A stretch of 24,000 bases of DNA, from the NCBI RefSeq assembly GCF_000981805.1, contig NZ_CP011132.1, forward strand, positions 5,224,805 through 5,248,804, in the 5' to 3' direction. The position numbers and the translations under genes are program-made. The notes beneath the pieces are model-generated. The model did no database searches, was not told the DNA's origin, and saw only the letters and a program-made list of their open reading frames with translations. Position 1 is the stretch's first letter, and every line of letters starts with the position of its first letter. Below are positions 14,299 to 23,628 of the stretch, one piece after another. This DNA comes from Citrobacter amalonaticus Y19 (lineage in GTDB: Bacteria > Pseudomonadota > Gammaproteobacteria > Enterobacterales > Enterobacteriaceae).

Positions 14299-15246
14299 TC
14301 AGGAAAGGGTGGAAGGAATGACTATCTGGCGCAGATCGCTGCGTCCGTTGATCTGCTCTACCAGTTGGGCAGCCGCCTGGCGCCCGGCTTCGGCATAACC
14401 GGGATCGACCGTGACGATCTCCGGATGCAGGAATTTCATCAGCGGCGTATTACCAACGCTCGCCAGTTGCAGGTTATCGACTCGCTGTTCCTGCAAATAC
14501 TTACTGGCGCCGAGCGCGAGGGTATCCGTGGCGCATACCAGCGCGGAAGTGTCCGGCGTAATGACGCTCGCGGCATGCTCATAGCCTTGCTTCATCGCCA
14601 GACCTGGCAGGGCAGCAACGGGATGTAACTTATGTTGTTTGCAAAAGGCGAGATAGGCGTCATGGCGGCGCTGTCCGGTGGTGACGTCACTGTGCGGAAC
14701 GCCGAGGAAACTGATGTTGCGATGTCCCTGATCGTACAGGCGCTGCATCAGGATTTTAATCGCCCCGTCGTCGTCGTAGCAGACGGAAGCAAAGCCTTTT
14801 GCATCACGAGCCAGCAATACCAGTGATGCCTGCCACGGGGCGATCATCGCGTCGGTGATGCCGGTAAAGCCAAACAGCACCACGCCGTCGATGTTGCGGC
14901 GTTTCAGCATTCCCAGGTGCTCTTCCACTTTCTCCGGGGAAAACTGGCTTTCCATCATAATAGGATCGTAACCCTGCTCATAAAACACCGGCAGCATCGT
15001 CTGTACGGCAAGATTTTCCGACAGTGAATCGAGACGAGTCACAATGATGGCGACCACTTTATCGCTTTGACCACGCATGGCGCGGGCAGAACGAGAAGGG
15101 GAAAATCCGTGCTGATTCATCACGGCTTCGACACGCTCGCGAGTCCGTTCACTGACGCCACTTTCGTTGTTCAGCACACGGGAAACGGTGGATTTCCCCA
15201 CACCGCTTAAGCGGGCGATGTCTTTGATAGTCAGCCGATTTTGCAT
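14299..15246 (-). CDS. treR: Trehalose operon repressor (LacI family), 315 aa
   Basis: MQNRLTIKDIARLSGVGKSTVSRVLNNESGVSERTRERVEAVMNQHGFSPS... contains a LacI-type HTH. Near-identical to E. coli TreR. Confidence 0.95.
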   Translation of the reverse strand: MQNRLTIKDIARLSGVGKSTVSRVLNNESGVSERTRERVEAVMNQHGFSPSRSARAMRGQSDKVVAIIVTRLDSLSENLAVQTMLPVFYEQGYDPIMMESQFSPEKVEEHLGMLKRRNIDGVVLFGFTGITDAMIAPWQASLVLLARDAKGFASVCYDDDGAIKILMQRLYDQGHRNISFLGVPHSDVTTGQRRHDAYLAFCKQHKLHPVAALPGLAMKQGYEHAASVITPDTSALVCATDTLALGASKYLQEQRVDNLQLASVGNTPLMKFLHPEIVTVDPGYAEAGRQAAAQLVEQINGRSDLRQIVIPSTLS

Positions 15247-15404
15247 CCTGTTTTCCCGTGGTACGCTGCAAAAGATGATAAGAGGGTAACTTTACTCGTA
15301 GAAACCTCAATGGGCAAAGTCTGGTTTATACACGTCATCCTTCACGCTGCCTCAGTCCTGGCGTCGTTCATTCACTTGCCTCAGGATGCACCCGAATGAT
15401 TTTG

Positions 15405-15442
15405 TGTATACGTTTTGTTTAATTGCCGGGGGTTATTATAAC
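15405..15442 (+). promoter_or_regulatory. mgtA promoter with a PhoP box
   Basis: Direct repeat TGTATA-cgttt-TGTTTA (15405-15421) matches the PhoP box (T/G)GTTTA-N5-(T/G)GTTTA. TATTAT/TATAAC -10 candidates lie at 15434-15442. The predicted TSS (~15450) gives a ~265-nt leader, as I recall for Salmonella mgtA. Confidence 0.6.
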
Positions 15443-15451
15443 GCCATAGAT

Positions 15452-15715
15452 GCCACAAATATTATGATCTACAACTTATAATCTGCGGGCTAAATCATTC
15501 ACTTACCGGAGGCTTTATGGATCCCGATCCCACCCCTCTCCCGACATGGAGAACACGCGCTTTCCGGTAAGTCTGCCCTTCGCTGTCTTACCGGTGATGT
15601 AAGACAGTGACGCGTTAACGTCCCTGTTAAGAAAATCATGTTACCTGTCAGGTAAGGCTTTGCCACGCCTGAAGGATATTTCTGCGCCCGTCTTGTTGGC
15701 GCGGAGGGACTGCCT
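15452..15715 (+). promoter_or_regulatory. mgtA 5' leader (Mg2+/proline-sensing attenuator containing mgtL)
   Basis: A perfect 10-bp long-range pairing, ACTTACCGGA (15501-10) / TCCGGTAAGT (15563-72), encloses mgtL. Further stems: GTCTTAC/GTAAGAC (~15585-15605) and TTACCTG/CAGGTAA (~15640-15655). Confidence 0.7.
15517..15570 (+). CDS. mgtL: mgtA leader peptide MgtL, 17 aa (MDPDPTPLPTWRTRAFR)
   Basis: SD GGAGG 6 nt upstream. The proline-rich 17-codon ORF closely resembles E. coli MgtL ([17 protein letters not shown]) and sits at the expected position in the leader. Confidence 0.85.
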   Translation: MDPDPTPLPTWRTRAFR

Positions 15716-18424
15716 ATGTTTAAAAATATCACTCGCCAGCTGTTTGCCCGGCTTGGCCGCCATCTGCCCGATCGCCTGGTGCATCGCGATCCGTTACCGA
15801 ATGCACAGTCAATTGCCAGCACCCCGATTCCGTCTTCACTGAGTGAACACTGCCTGAAAGTGGCCGTGATGGATGAAAAGACGTTGTGGAAGACGTTTAA
15901 TGCGCATCCGGAAGGACTCACTGCGACTGAGGTGAACGCCGCCCGCGAACAACACGGAGAAAACCTTCTGCCCACCCAGAAACCGTCGCCGTGGTGGAAG
16001 CATCTGTGGGTCTGTTATCGTAATCCGTTCAATATCTTACTGACCCTTCTGGGGGCTATCTCGTATGCCACCGAGGATCTATTCGCCGCCGGGGTGATCG
16101 CCCTGATGGTGGCAATCTCCACGCTGCTTAACTTTGTCCAGGAAGCGCGTTCCACCAAAGCGGCAGATGCGCTGAAAGCGATGGTCAGCAATACCGCGAC
16201 GGTGCTGCGGGTCATCAATGATAAAGGGGAAAACGGCTGGGTTGAGCTGCCTATCGATCAACTGGTGCCAGGTGACATCATCAAGCTGTCGGCGGGGGAT
16301 ATGATCCCGGCCGATCTGCGGGTGATTCAGGCGCGGGATCTGTTTGTCGCCCAGGCGTCGCTAACCGGCGAATCGTTGCCGGTGGAGAAAGTGGCGCGCA
16401 CTCGCGACGTCGCTCAAAGCAACCCGCTTGAGTGCGACACCCTCTGCTTTATGGGGACCAACGTGGTGAGCGGCACGGCGCAGGCGATGGTGATCGCCAC
16501 CGGCGCCCATACCTGGTTTGGTCAACTGGCAGGGCGCGTCAGCGAACAGGAAAGCGAGCAGAACGCCTTTCAGAAAGGGATCAGCCGCGTCAGTATGTTG
16601 TTGATTCGCTTTATGCTGGTGATGGCGCCGGTGGTATTGCTCATTAATGGTTATACCAAAGGCGACTGGTGGGAAGCGGCGCTGTTTGCGCTCTCTGTCG
16701 CCGTGGGACTGACGCCGGAAATGTTGCCGATGATTGTCACCTCGACGCTGGCGCGCGGCGCGGTGAAACTGTCGAAGCAAAAAGTGATCGTCAAGCATCT
16801 GGATGCGATTCAGAACTTCGGCGCGATGGACGTTCTGTGTACCGATAAAACCGGCACGCTGACCCAGGACAAAATAGTGCTGGAGAATCATACGGATATC
16901 TCCGGCAAGCCCAGTGAACGCGTCCTGCATGCCGCGTGGCTGAACAGCCATTACCAGACCGGGCTGAAAAACCTGCTGGATACCGCCGTGCTGGAAGGTG
17001 TTGATGAAGGGGCCGCGCGCGCGTTGTCTACCCGCTGGCAGAAAATTGATGAGATCCCGTTTGATTTTGAGCGCCGTCGGATGTCGGTGGTGGTAGCAGA
17101 AGAGACGGAGGTACATCAACTGGTGTGTAAAGGCGCGTTGCAGGAGATCCTCAGCGTCTGTACGCAGGTGCGTCATAACGGCGAAATTGTCCCGCTGGAT
17201 GACAACATGCTGCGCCGGGTGAAACGCGTGACCGACACGTTGAACCGTCAGGGGCTGCGCGTCGTTGCCGTGGCAACGAAATATTTGCCGGCACGGGAAG
17301 GAGATTATCAGCGCATTGATGAAGCCGATCTGATCCTTGAAGGCTACATTGCCTTCCTCGATCCGCCGAAGGAAACTACCGCCCCCGCCCTGAAGGCGCT
17401 TAACGCCAGTGGTATCACCGTGAAGATCCTGACTGGCGACAGCGAACTGGTGGCTGCGAAGGTGTGCCGTGAGGTGGGCCTGGACGCCGGAGAGGTGATT
17501 GTCGGAAACGAGATTGAAAGCATGAGTGACGATGCGCTCGCCGCATTGGCCCAGCGTACCACGCTGTTTGCACGCCTGACGCCGATGCATAAAGAACGGA
17601 TTGTCCGGTTGCTCAAACGCGAAGGGCACGTGGTGGGTTTTATGGGCGACGGCATCAACGACGCGCCAGCGCTGCGTGCGGCGGATATCGGCATCTCGGT
17701 TGACGGTGCGGTCGATATCGCCCGTGAAGCGGCCGATATCATCCTGCTGGAAAAGAGCCTGATGGTACTGGAAGAAGGAGTGATTGAAGGGCGCCGTACG
17801 TTCTCCAATATGCTGAAGTACATCAAGATGACCGCCAGTTCTAACTTTGGCAACGTCTTTAGCGTGCTGGTGGCGAGCGCCTTTTTGCCGTTCTTGCCTA
17901 TGCTGCCGCTACACTTGCTGATTCAGAACCTGCTGTACGATGTCTCCCAGGTGGCGATCCCGTTTGATAACGTTGACGATGAGCAGATCCAGAAACCACA
18001 GCGCTGGAATCCGGCGGATTTGGGTCGCTTCATGCTCTTCTTTGGCCCGATCAGCTCCATCTTCGACATTCTGACGTTTTGCCTGATGTGGTGGGTATTC
18101 CACGCCAACGTGCCGGAAGCGCAAACGCTGTTCCAGTCAGGCTGGTTTGTGGTGGGACTGCTGTCGCAAACGCTGATTGTGCATATGATTCGTACGCGCC
18201 GTGTGCCATTCATTCAAAGTCGCGCTGCCTGGCCGCTGCTGTTGATGACGCTGGTGGTGATGGTCGTGGGAATTGCGCTGCCATTTTCGCCGCTGGCAGG
18301 TTATCTGCAATTGCAGGCGTTACCGCTCAGTTATTTCCCCTGGCTGGTGGCGATCCTGGTGGGTTATATGACGTTAACGCAACTGGTGAAAGGCTTCTAT
18401 AGCCGCCGCTACGGCTGGCAGTAA
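15716..18424 (+). CDS. mgtA: Mg2+-importing P-type ATPase, 902 aa
   Basis: Near-identical to E. coli MgtA along its length. Contains the P-type DKTGTLT phosphorylation motif, TGES, and GDGINDAPAL. Confidence 0.95.
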   Translation: MFKNITRQLFARLGRHLPDRLVHRDPLPNAQSIASTPIPSSLSEHCLKVAVMDEKTLWKTFNAHPEGLTATEVNAAREQHGENLLPTQKPSPWWKHLWVCYRNPFNILLTLLGAISYATEDLFAAGVIALMVAISTLLNFVQEARSTKAADALKAMVSNTATVLRVINDKGENGWVELPIDQLVPGDIIKLSAGDMIPADLRVIQARDLFVAQASLTGESLPVEKVARTRDVAQSNPLECDTLCFMGTNVVSGTAQAMVIATGAHTWFGQLAGRVSEQESEQNAFQKGISRVSMLLIRFMLVMAPVVLLINGYTKGDWWEAALFALSVAVGLTPEMLPMIVTSTLARGAVKLSKQKVIVKHLDAIQNFGAMDVLCTDKTGTLTQDKIVLENHTDISGKPSERVLHAAWLNSHYQTGLKNLLDTAVLEGVDEGAARALSTRWQKIDEIPFDFERRRMSVVVAEETEVHQLVCKGALQEILSVCTQVRHNGEIVPLDDNMLRRVKRVTDTLNRQGLRVVAVATKYLPAREGDYQRIDEADLILEGYIAFLDPPKETTAPALKALNASGITVKILTGDSELVAAKVCREVGLDAGEVIVGNEIESMSDDALAALAQRTTLFARLTPMHKERIVRLLKREGHVVGFMGDGINDAPALRAADIGISVDGAVDIAREAADIILLEKSLMVLEEGVIEGRRTFSNMLKYIKMTASSNFGNVFSVLVASAFLPFLPMLPLHLLIQNLLYDVSQVAIPFDNVDDEQIQKPQRWNPADLGRFMLFFGPISSIFDILTFCLMWWVFHANVPEAQTLFQSGWFVVGLLSQTLIVHMIRTRRVPFIQSRAAWPLLLMTLVVMVVGIALPFSPLAGYLQLQALPLSYFPWLVAILVGYMTLTQLVKGFYSRRYGWQ

Positions 18425-18432
18425 ACAAAAAT

Positions 18433-18466
18433 AATGGCTGCTTCGGCAGCCATTCTCTTTTTTTTA
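18433..18466 (+). terminator. Rho-independent terminator of mgtA
   Basis: AATGGCTGC-TTCG-GCAGCCATT: a 9-bp stem and tetraloop followed by CTCTTTTTTTT. Confidence 0.85.
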
Positions 18467-18783
18467 CCGTGCAAGAATATATTCTTTCCCTCCGTCGTGT
18501 TTTATTTTTTTTGAAAAACAAAAGTGGTGTGGTTGATCACAATTTAAGCCCTCTTCAGAACATCTTTTTTCCAGGAAAAAGACCTTCATTGCAAAAATGA
18601 AACAGCGTGCTAAAAAAAATTCCATCCTGCGTCATTTTATGAACATAATCATCGTAATAATTTGTTACACCGACTCGTCTGCGTGGGCAATGTCATTCCT
18701 TACTGTCCCTTTTAATTAAGGCGGCCCTCTATCCTGCAAGTCGTTTGTATTTATGAAAATTATAAACCTCTGGAGATGGAAAA

Positions 18784-19761
18784 ATGAAACTGACCAAAAC
18801 CTTGTTGAACCTGTGTATGGGGTCTGCCTTGCTGCTGGCCGCTCAGGCGGCGTCTGCACAAACGTTGCGTGCGGCAGATGTCCATCCGGCGGATTATCCG
18901 AACGTGGTCGCTGTGAAGCATATGGGTGAAAAACTCAGCGCCGCTACCGACGGGCGTCTGGATATTAAAACCTTCCCGGGCGGTGTGCTGGGCGATGAAA
19001 AGCAGATGATTGAACAGGCGCAACTGGGCGCGATTGATATTATCCGCGTGTCGATGTCTCCGGTTGCCGCCATATTGCCAGAGATTAACGTCTTTACGCT
19101 GCCCTATATCTTCCGTGATGAAGATCACCTGCACAAAGTGCTGGACGGGGCGATTGGTCAGGAAATTGGCGACAGACTCACCGCCAACAGCCAGTCCCGA
19201 CTGGTGTTTCTTGGCTGGATGGATGCAGGTACGCGTAACCTGATTACCAAGGATCCGGTCGTGAAACCGGAAGACCTGAAGGGGATGAAAATCCGCGTTC
19301 AGACCAGCCCGGTATCGCTCGATACCTTAAAAGCGATGGGCGCGAATGCGATCGCCATGGGGACCAGCGAGGTGTTCAGCGGGATGCAGACCGGGGTCAT
19401 TGATGGCACAGAAAATAACCCACCAACCTTTGTCGCGCATAACTATCTGCCGGTTGCCAAAAATTACACCTGGAGTAAGCATTTCATTATTCCTGAGCTG
19501 TTCCTGTTTTCAAAAGCCAAGTGGGATAAGTTGAAAAAAGAAGATCAGGATTTAATTATTAAACTGGCGAGAGAAGCACAAATGGAGCAGCGCCAACTCT
19601 GGGAAGCATATAACGCGAAATCGCTGGAAACGATGAAAGCGAATGGTGTGAATTTTCATGATATCGATACGAACTATTTCTATAAAGCCACACAGCCCGT
19701 CCGGGAGCAATATGGTAAAGACCACCAGGATTTGATCAAGCGAATTCAGGATGTGAAGTAA
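18784..19761 (+). CDS. TRAP transporter substrate-binding protein (DctP family), 325 aa, substrate unknown
   Basis: Signal peptide MKLTKTLLNLCMGSALLLAAQAASA/Q. DctP-family features include LRAADVHPADYP, GDEKQMIEQAQLGAIDI and NVFTLPYIF. SD GGAGATGG upstream. Confidence 0.85.
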   Translation: MKLTKTLLNLCMGSALLLAAQAASAQTLRAADVHPADYPNVVAVKHMGEKLSAATDGRLDIKTFPGGVLGDEKQMIEQAQLGAIDIIRVSMSPVAAILPEINVFTLPYIFRDEDHLHKVLDGAIGQEIGDRLTANSQSRLVFLGWMDAGTRNLITKDPVVKPEDLKGMKIRVQTSPVSLDTLKAMGANAIAMGTSEVFSGMQTGVIDGTENNPPTFVAHNYLPVAKNYTWSKHFIIPELFLFSKAKWDKLKKEDQDLIIKLAREAQMEQRQLWEAYNAKSLETMKANGVNFHDIDTNYFYKATQPVREQYGKDHQDLIKRIQDVK

Positions 19762-19765
19762 TTCA

Positions 19766-19795
19766 TCAGGCGGGTGACGGAGGTCATCCGCCTGA
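19766..19795 (+). other. Intercistronic hairpin after the TRAP binding-protein gene
   Basis: TCAGGCGG-(14 nt)-CCGCCTGA, an 8-bp stem immediately after the stop at 19761. This is the usual position for elements that raise binding-protein mRNA relative to permease mRNA. Confidence 0.4.
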
Positions 19796-19822
19796 ATCGG
19801 TTATTCGTTCGAGGTGATGATT

Positions 19823-20332
19823 ATGGGTGAATGTTATTCATCGGTAATGGATGTGCTGTATCGAATTTCAATGTGGATTGCCGGGCTGGCTTTATTGGTA
19901 ATGGTCGCGGTTATTCCTGTAGGAATATTCGCGCGCTATGTGATGAATAGCGCGCTGTCCTGGCCTGAACCGGTCGCCATATTATGCATGGTGACATTCA
20001 CCTTTGTCGGTGCGGCGGTCAGTTACCGTGCGGGTTCGCATATTGCTGTCAGCATGGTGACCGATCGTCTTGGCGAAATGGGACGCCGGATCTGCTTTAT
20101 CGGTGCCGATCTGATGCTGCTGGCGATCAGTATTTTTATTCTTTGGTACGGTTCGACGCTCTGTTACGAGTTGTGGCAACAACCCGTGGCGGAATTTCCC
20201 ATTTTGACTGCCGGGGAAAACTATCTTCCGCTCCCTATCGGTTCTGCGATCACGCTGCTTTTCATCATCGAAAAGATCTGTCGTGGCGATCAGTATCAAC
20301 GTCCCGTCGTCATGCTGGGTTCAACCAGTTGA
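19823..20332 (+). CDS. TRAP transporter small permease (DctQ family), ~169 aa
   Basis: Four hydrophobic segments. Starts are possible at 19814 (GTG), 19817 and 19823. The ATG at 19823 is best spaced from GAGG (19811-14). Confidence 0.8.
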   Translation: MGECYSSVMDVLYRISMWIAGLALLVMVAVIPVGIFARYVMNSALSWPEPVAILCMVTFTFVGAAVSYRAGSHIAVSMVTDRLGEMGRRICFIGADLMLLAISIFILWYGSTLCYELWQQPVAEFPILTAGENYLPLPIGSAITLLFIIEKICRGDQYQRPVVMLGSTS

Positions 20333-20362
20333 TGACCGAACCGACTTCATAGGGGAAAGCAA

Positions 20363-21649
20363 ATGGATGCATTTATTCTCGTTTTTACGCTCGGCATCAT
20401 GCTGGCGATTGGGGTGCCGGTGGCGTACGCGGTGGGGATCAGCGCGATCGTCGGGGCGTGGTATATCGATATCCCGCTGGAAGCGGTGATGATCCAGTTG
20501 ACCAACGGCGTGAACAAATTCTCGCTGCTGGCGATCCCATTCTTTATTCTGGCCGGTGCGATTATGGCGGAAGGGGGGATCGCGCGGCGGTTAGTGAACT
20601 TCGCCTACATCTTTGTTGGCTTCATCCGTGGCGGTCTGTCGCTGGTGAACATTGTGGCGTCGACCTTCTTTGGCGCGATCTCAGGATCGTCGGTGGCGGA
20701 TACCGCGTCCATCGGTTCGGTGATGATCCCTGAAATGGATAAGAAAGGGTATCCGCGCGACTTCGCCGCAGCGGTTACCGCCAGCGGTTCGGTGCAGGCA
20801 ATCCTGACGCCGCCCAGCCATAACTCGGTTATCTACTCGCTGGCGACGGGCGGTACGGTGTCGATTGCCGCGCTGTTCATTGCCGGGATCCTGCCGGGGC
20901 TGTTGCTGAGCTTTGCCCTGATGGTGATGTGCGTGGGCTTTGCCCATAAGCGCGGCTACCCGAAAGGGGAGCGCGTACCGTTCCGACAGGCGCTGAAGAT
21001 CTTTCTCGATACGCTGTGGGGACTGATGACGGTCGTCATCATCATGGGCGGGATCCTTTCCGGTATCTTTACCGCAACGGAATCGGCGGCGATCGCCTGC
21101 CTGTGGGCGTTCTTCGTGACCATGTTTATCTACCGCGACTACAAATGGTCTGAACTGCCGAAGCTGATGTATCGCACGGTGAAGACCGTAACCATCGTGA
21201 TGATCCTGATTGGTTTCGCCGCGGCATTTGGCGCCATTATGACGTACATGCAGTTGCCGATGCGCATTACCGAAGCCTTCACCAGCATCTCGGATAACAA
21301 GTATGTCATCCTGATGTGCATTAACATCATGCTGCTGCTGATCGGTACGCTGATGGACATGGCGCCGCTGATCCTGATCCTGACGCCCGTGCTGCTGCCG
21401 GTCACCAACGCTCTCGGCATTGATCCGGTACACTTCGGGATGATTATGCTGGTGAACCTGGGGATTGGCCTGATCACGCCGCCGGTGGGCTCGGTGCTGT
21501 TTGTCGCCAGTGCGGTGAGTAAACAGAAGATAGAGCAGGTGGTGAAGGCGATGCTACCGTTCTATGCGGTGCTTTTCCTGGTGCTGATGCTGGTGACCTA
21601 TATCCCGGCGATTTCGCTGTTCCTGCCGAAATTCTTTGGCGTGATGTGA
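20363..21649 (+). CDS. TRAP transporter large permease (DctM family), 428 aa
   Basis: ~12 TM segments. DctM hallmarks include LLAIPFFILAGAIM and FFGAISGSSVADTASIGSVMIPEM. Confidence 0.9.
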   Translation: MDAFILVFTLGIMLAIGVPVAYAVGISAIVGAWYIDIPLEAVMIQLTNGVNKFSLLAIPFFILAGAIMAEGGIARRLVNFAYIFVGFIRGGLSLVNIVASTFFGAISGSSVADTASIGSVMIPEMDKKGYPRDFAAAVTASGSVQAILTPPSHNSVIYSLATGGTVSIAALFIAGILPGLLLSFALMVMCVGFAHKRGYPKGERVPFRQALKIFLDTLWGLMTVVIIMGGILSGIFTATESAAIACLWAFFVTMFIYRDYKWSELPKLMYRTVKTVTIVMILIGFAAAFGAIMTYMQLPMRITEAFTSISDNKYVILMCINIMLLLIGTLMDMAPLILILTPVLLPVTNALGIDPVHFGMIMLVNLGIGLITPPVGSVLFVASAVSKQKIEQVVKAMLPFYAVLFLVLMLVTYIPAISLFLPKFFGVM

Positions 21650-21663
21650 GGGGACGGCAGTGA

Positions 21664-21696
21664 CAAAAATCCGGGCATTTATGCCCGGATTTTTGT
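21664..21696. terminator. Bidirectional Rho-independent terminator shared by the TRAP operon (+) and ridA (-)
   Basis: AAAAAT-CCGGGCA-TTTA-TGCCCGG-ATTTTTG: a GC stem flanked by an A-run on one side and a T-run on the other, between convergent genes. Confidence 0.85.
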
Positions 21697-21703
21697 TTAT
21701 CGC

Positions 21704-22090
21704 TTAGCGACGAACGGCGATCGCTTCGATCTCGATCTTCACGTCTTTTGGCAGACGCGCGACTTCCACGCAGGAACGTGCCGGGAAGGTGGCGTTGTGC
21801 TCGGTGAAGAACGCTTCGTAGGTGGCGTTGACGGTCGCGAAATCGTTCAGATCTTTGACAAACACGGTCGTTTTCACGATGTCGCCCACTTTCAGGCCAG
21901 CGGCTTCAACGATAGCTTTCACGTTTTCCAGTGACTGACGCGCCTGTGCAGAGACGTCGTCCGCCACGCTGCCGGTTTTCGGATCAACCGGGATCTGACC
22001 GGAAGTGATGATCATGCTGCCCAGATCAACGCCCTGAACATATGGACCGATTGCTGCGGGTGCATTTTCCGTCGCGATAGTTTTGCTCAT
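21704..22090 (-). CDS. ridA: 2-iminobutanoate/2-iminopropanoate deaminase RidA (YjgF), 128 aa
   Basis: MSKTIATENAPAAIGPYVQGVDLGSMIITSGQIPV... is near-identical to E. coli RidA. Confidence 0.95.
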   Translation of the reverse strand: MSKTIATENAPAAIGPYVQGVDLGSMIITSGQIPVDPKTGSVADDVSAQARQSLENVKAIVEAAGLKVGDIVKTTVFVKDLNDFATVNATYEAFFTEHNATFPARSCVEVARLPKDVKIEIEAIAVRR

Positions 22091-22166
22091 GATTTCTCCT
22101 GAAGTACAGCGGTAAAAGAATTTTCCCAGGTATTATAGGTAGCCAGGAATTTATAACCAACCCCAA

Positions 22167-22628
22167 TTAGTTGGCCAGCACCACATAATGAGAAAACTCT
22201 TTTTCACAGTATTTGCATTTGAGAGCAATGTCATCTACGCGTTTTTTCACTGCGAAGCTGGATGAAACCGGCTCGGCGTGGCTGATGCAGTTACTGTTCG
22301 GGCAGACCAGCACGCTGTCGATGCGATCCGGCAGGCTTGGGCGAGATTTCCCTACCACTTCGTAGTTGTCGATACGGTTAACGGTGGCCTGCGGCGCGTA
22401 CAGTGACAGTTGGTTAACCTGTTCGGCGGTCAGGAAGGTATTCTCGATTTTTATCAGGTCTTTACGCCCCATTTCACCAGAAGGCAGGTTAAGACCGATG
22501 GTGATGCGCTGATCGGTTTCGGTCAACTTAAACAGGGTCAGCAATTTAAAGCCAACCTGCGCGGGAATATGGTCGATTACGGTGCCGCATTTGATCGCTT
22601 CAACCTGCAGTTTATTATCGTGTGTCAT
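22167..22628 (-). CDS. pyrI: Aspartate carbamoyltransferase regulatory chain, 153 aa
   Basis: [30 protein letters not shown]... with the C-terminal Zn motif CPNSNCISH...CKYCEK. Near-identical to E. coli PyrI. Confidence 0.95.
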   Translation of the reverse strand: MTHDNKLQVEAIKCGTVIDHIPAQVGFKLLTLFKLTETDQRITIGLNLPSGEMGRKDLIKIENTFLTAEQVNQLSLYAPQATVNRIDNYEVVGKSRPSLPDRIDSVLVCPNSNCISHAEPVSSSFAVKKRVDDIALKCKYCEKEFSHYVVLAN

Positions 22629-22642
22629 CTCGTTATCTCCCC

Positions 22643-23578
22643 TTACAGTGCCAGATCGCTAGTCAGAACCAGTGCCAGTAACGCCTGGCGCGCGAAAATC
22701 CCGTTGCCTGCCTGCTGGAAATACCAGGCGTGTGGCGTTTTATCCACGTCCGTGGCGATTTCATCAATACGCGGCAGCGGATGCAGTACCTTCATGTTTT
22801 CCCGTGCACCCGCCAGGTCGCTGGCGCGCAGAACAAACTGGGCCTTCACGTTGGCGTATTCTGAAGGGTCCAGACGTTCTTTCTGCACGCGGGTCATGTA
22901 CAGAATGTCCACCTCCGCCATCACCTCTTCGATAGAGGAGTGCAGGCTCCAGGCAATGCCTTTATCGTCGAGCATATCGAGAATGTACTGCGGCATCGCC
23001 AGCGCATCCGGGGCGATGAAGTAGAAGCGGTTGCCGTCAAACTTCGCCAGCGCCTGCGTCAGCGAGTGTACGGTACGGCCATATTTCAGGTCGCCGACCA
23101 TCGCCACATGCAGATTGTTCAGACGACCCTGCGTTTCCTGAATGGTGAACAGATCCAGCAGCGTCTGGGTCGGATGCTGGTTCGAGCCGTCGCCCGCGTT
23201 CAGTACCGGCACCTTGCCGGAGAATTCCGTCGCCAGACGTGCCGCGCCTTCCTGTGGGTGGCGCATCACGATCGCGTCAACGTAGGTGCTGATAACCGAG
23301 ATGGTATCCGCCAGCGTCTCGCCTTTCTTGCCCAGCGACGTGTTGGCGCTGTCGGAGAAGCCGACCACGCTGGCGCCCAGGCGGTGCATTGAGGTTTCAA
23401 ACGACAAGCGGGTACGGGTAGAGGCTTCAAAGAAGCAACTGGCAATCACCTTGTGCTTGAGCAGTTCCGGTTGTGGGTTAGCTTTTAATTTCGCCGCGGT
23501 CGCCAGCACCAGATTGAGGTCGTCGCGACTGAGGTCGTTTATGGAAATGATGTGTTTTTGATATAGCGGGTTAGCCAT
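22643..23578 (-). CDS. pyrB: Aspartate carbamoyltransferase catalytic chain, 311 aa
   Basis: [36 protein letters not shown]... with the STRTR and HPLPR motifs. The start is at the Met matching E. coli PyrB (SD AGGAGA upstream). The tracked ORF adds 8 unsupported codons. Confidence 0.95.
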   Translation of the reverse strand: MANPLYQKHIISINDLSRDDLNLVLATAAKLKANPQPELLKHKVIASCFFEASTRTRLSFETSMHRLGASVVGFSDSANTSLGKKGETLADTISVISTYVDAIVMRHPQEGAARLATEFSGKVPVLNAGDGSNQHPTQTLLDLFTIQETQGRLNNLHVAMVGDLKYGRTVHSLTQALAKFDGNRFYFIAPDALAMPQYILDMLDDKGIAWSLHSSIEEVMAEVDILYMTRVQKERLDPSEYANVKAQFVLRASDLAGARENMKVLHPLPRIDEIATDVDKTPHAWYFQQAGNGIFARQALLALVLTSDLAL

Positions 23579-23599
23579 GTTTATCTCCTGACGCCCGGG

Positions 23600-23628
23600 C
23601 AAAAAAAAAGCCCCTCATTTGAGGGGCT
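23600..23628 (-). terminator. pyrBI attenuator (Rho-independent terminator in the leader)
   Basis: Minus strand: GCCCCTC-AAAT-GAGGGGC followed by TTTTTTTTT, immediately upstream of the pyrB SD. Confidence 0.85.

Noticed and set aside
14198-14398. 66-aa plus-strand ORF spanning the treB promoter and the treR 3' end
   Set aside because: It crosses a regulatory region and runs antisense into treR. It has no SD, so I treat it as spurious.
15499-15975. 158-aa minus-strand ORF, and the 15660-15842 plus-strand ORF, overlapping the mgtA leader and start
   Set aside because: They overlap the well-supported mgtL, leader and mgtA N-terminus, and have no SD.
18528-18541. TGTGGTTGATCACA upstream of the TRAP operon as a CRP or FNR site
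   Set aside because: The spacing between TGTGG and TCACA is 4 nt, not the 6 nt CRP requires. Read as an FNR site (TTGAT-CACA-ATTTA) it matches only 8/10, with two mismatches in the right half. This is not convincing without a PWM score.
18560-18600. Sigma-54 promoter (GG-N10-GC) near TTGCA at ~18588 upstream of the TRAP operon
   Set aside because: The nearest upstream GG is about 15 nt from the GC rather than 10, and there is no TGGCAC-like -24 element.
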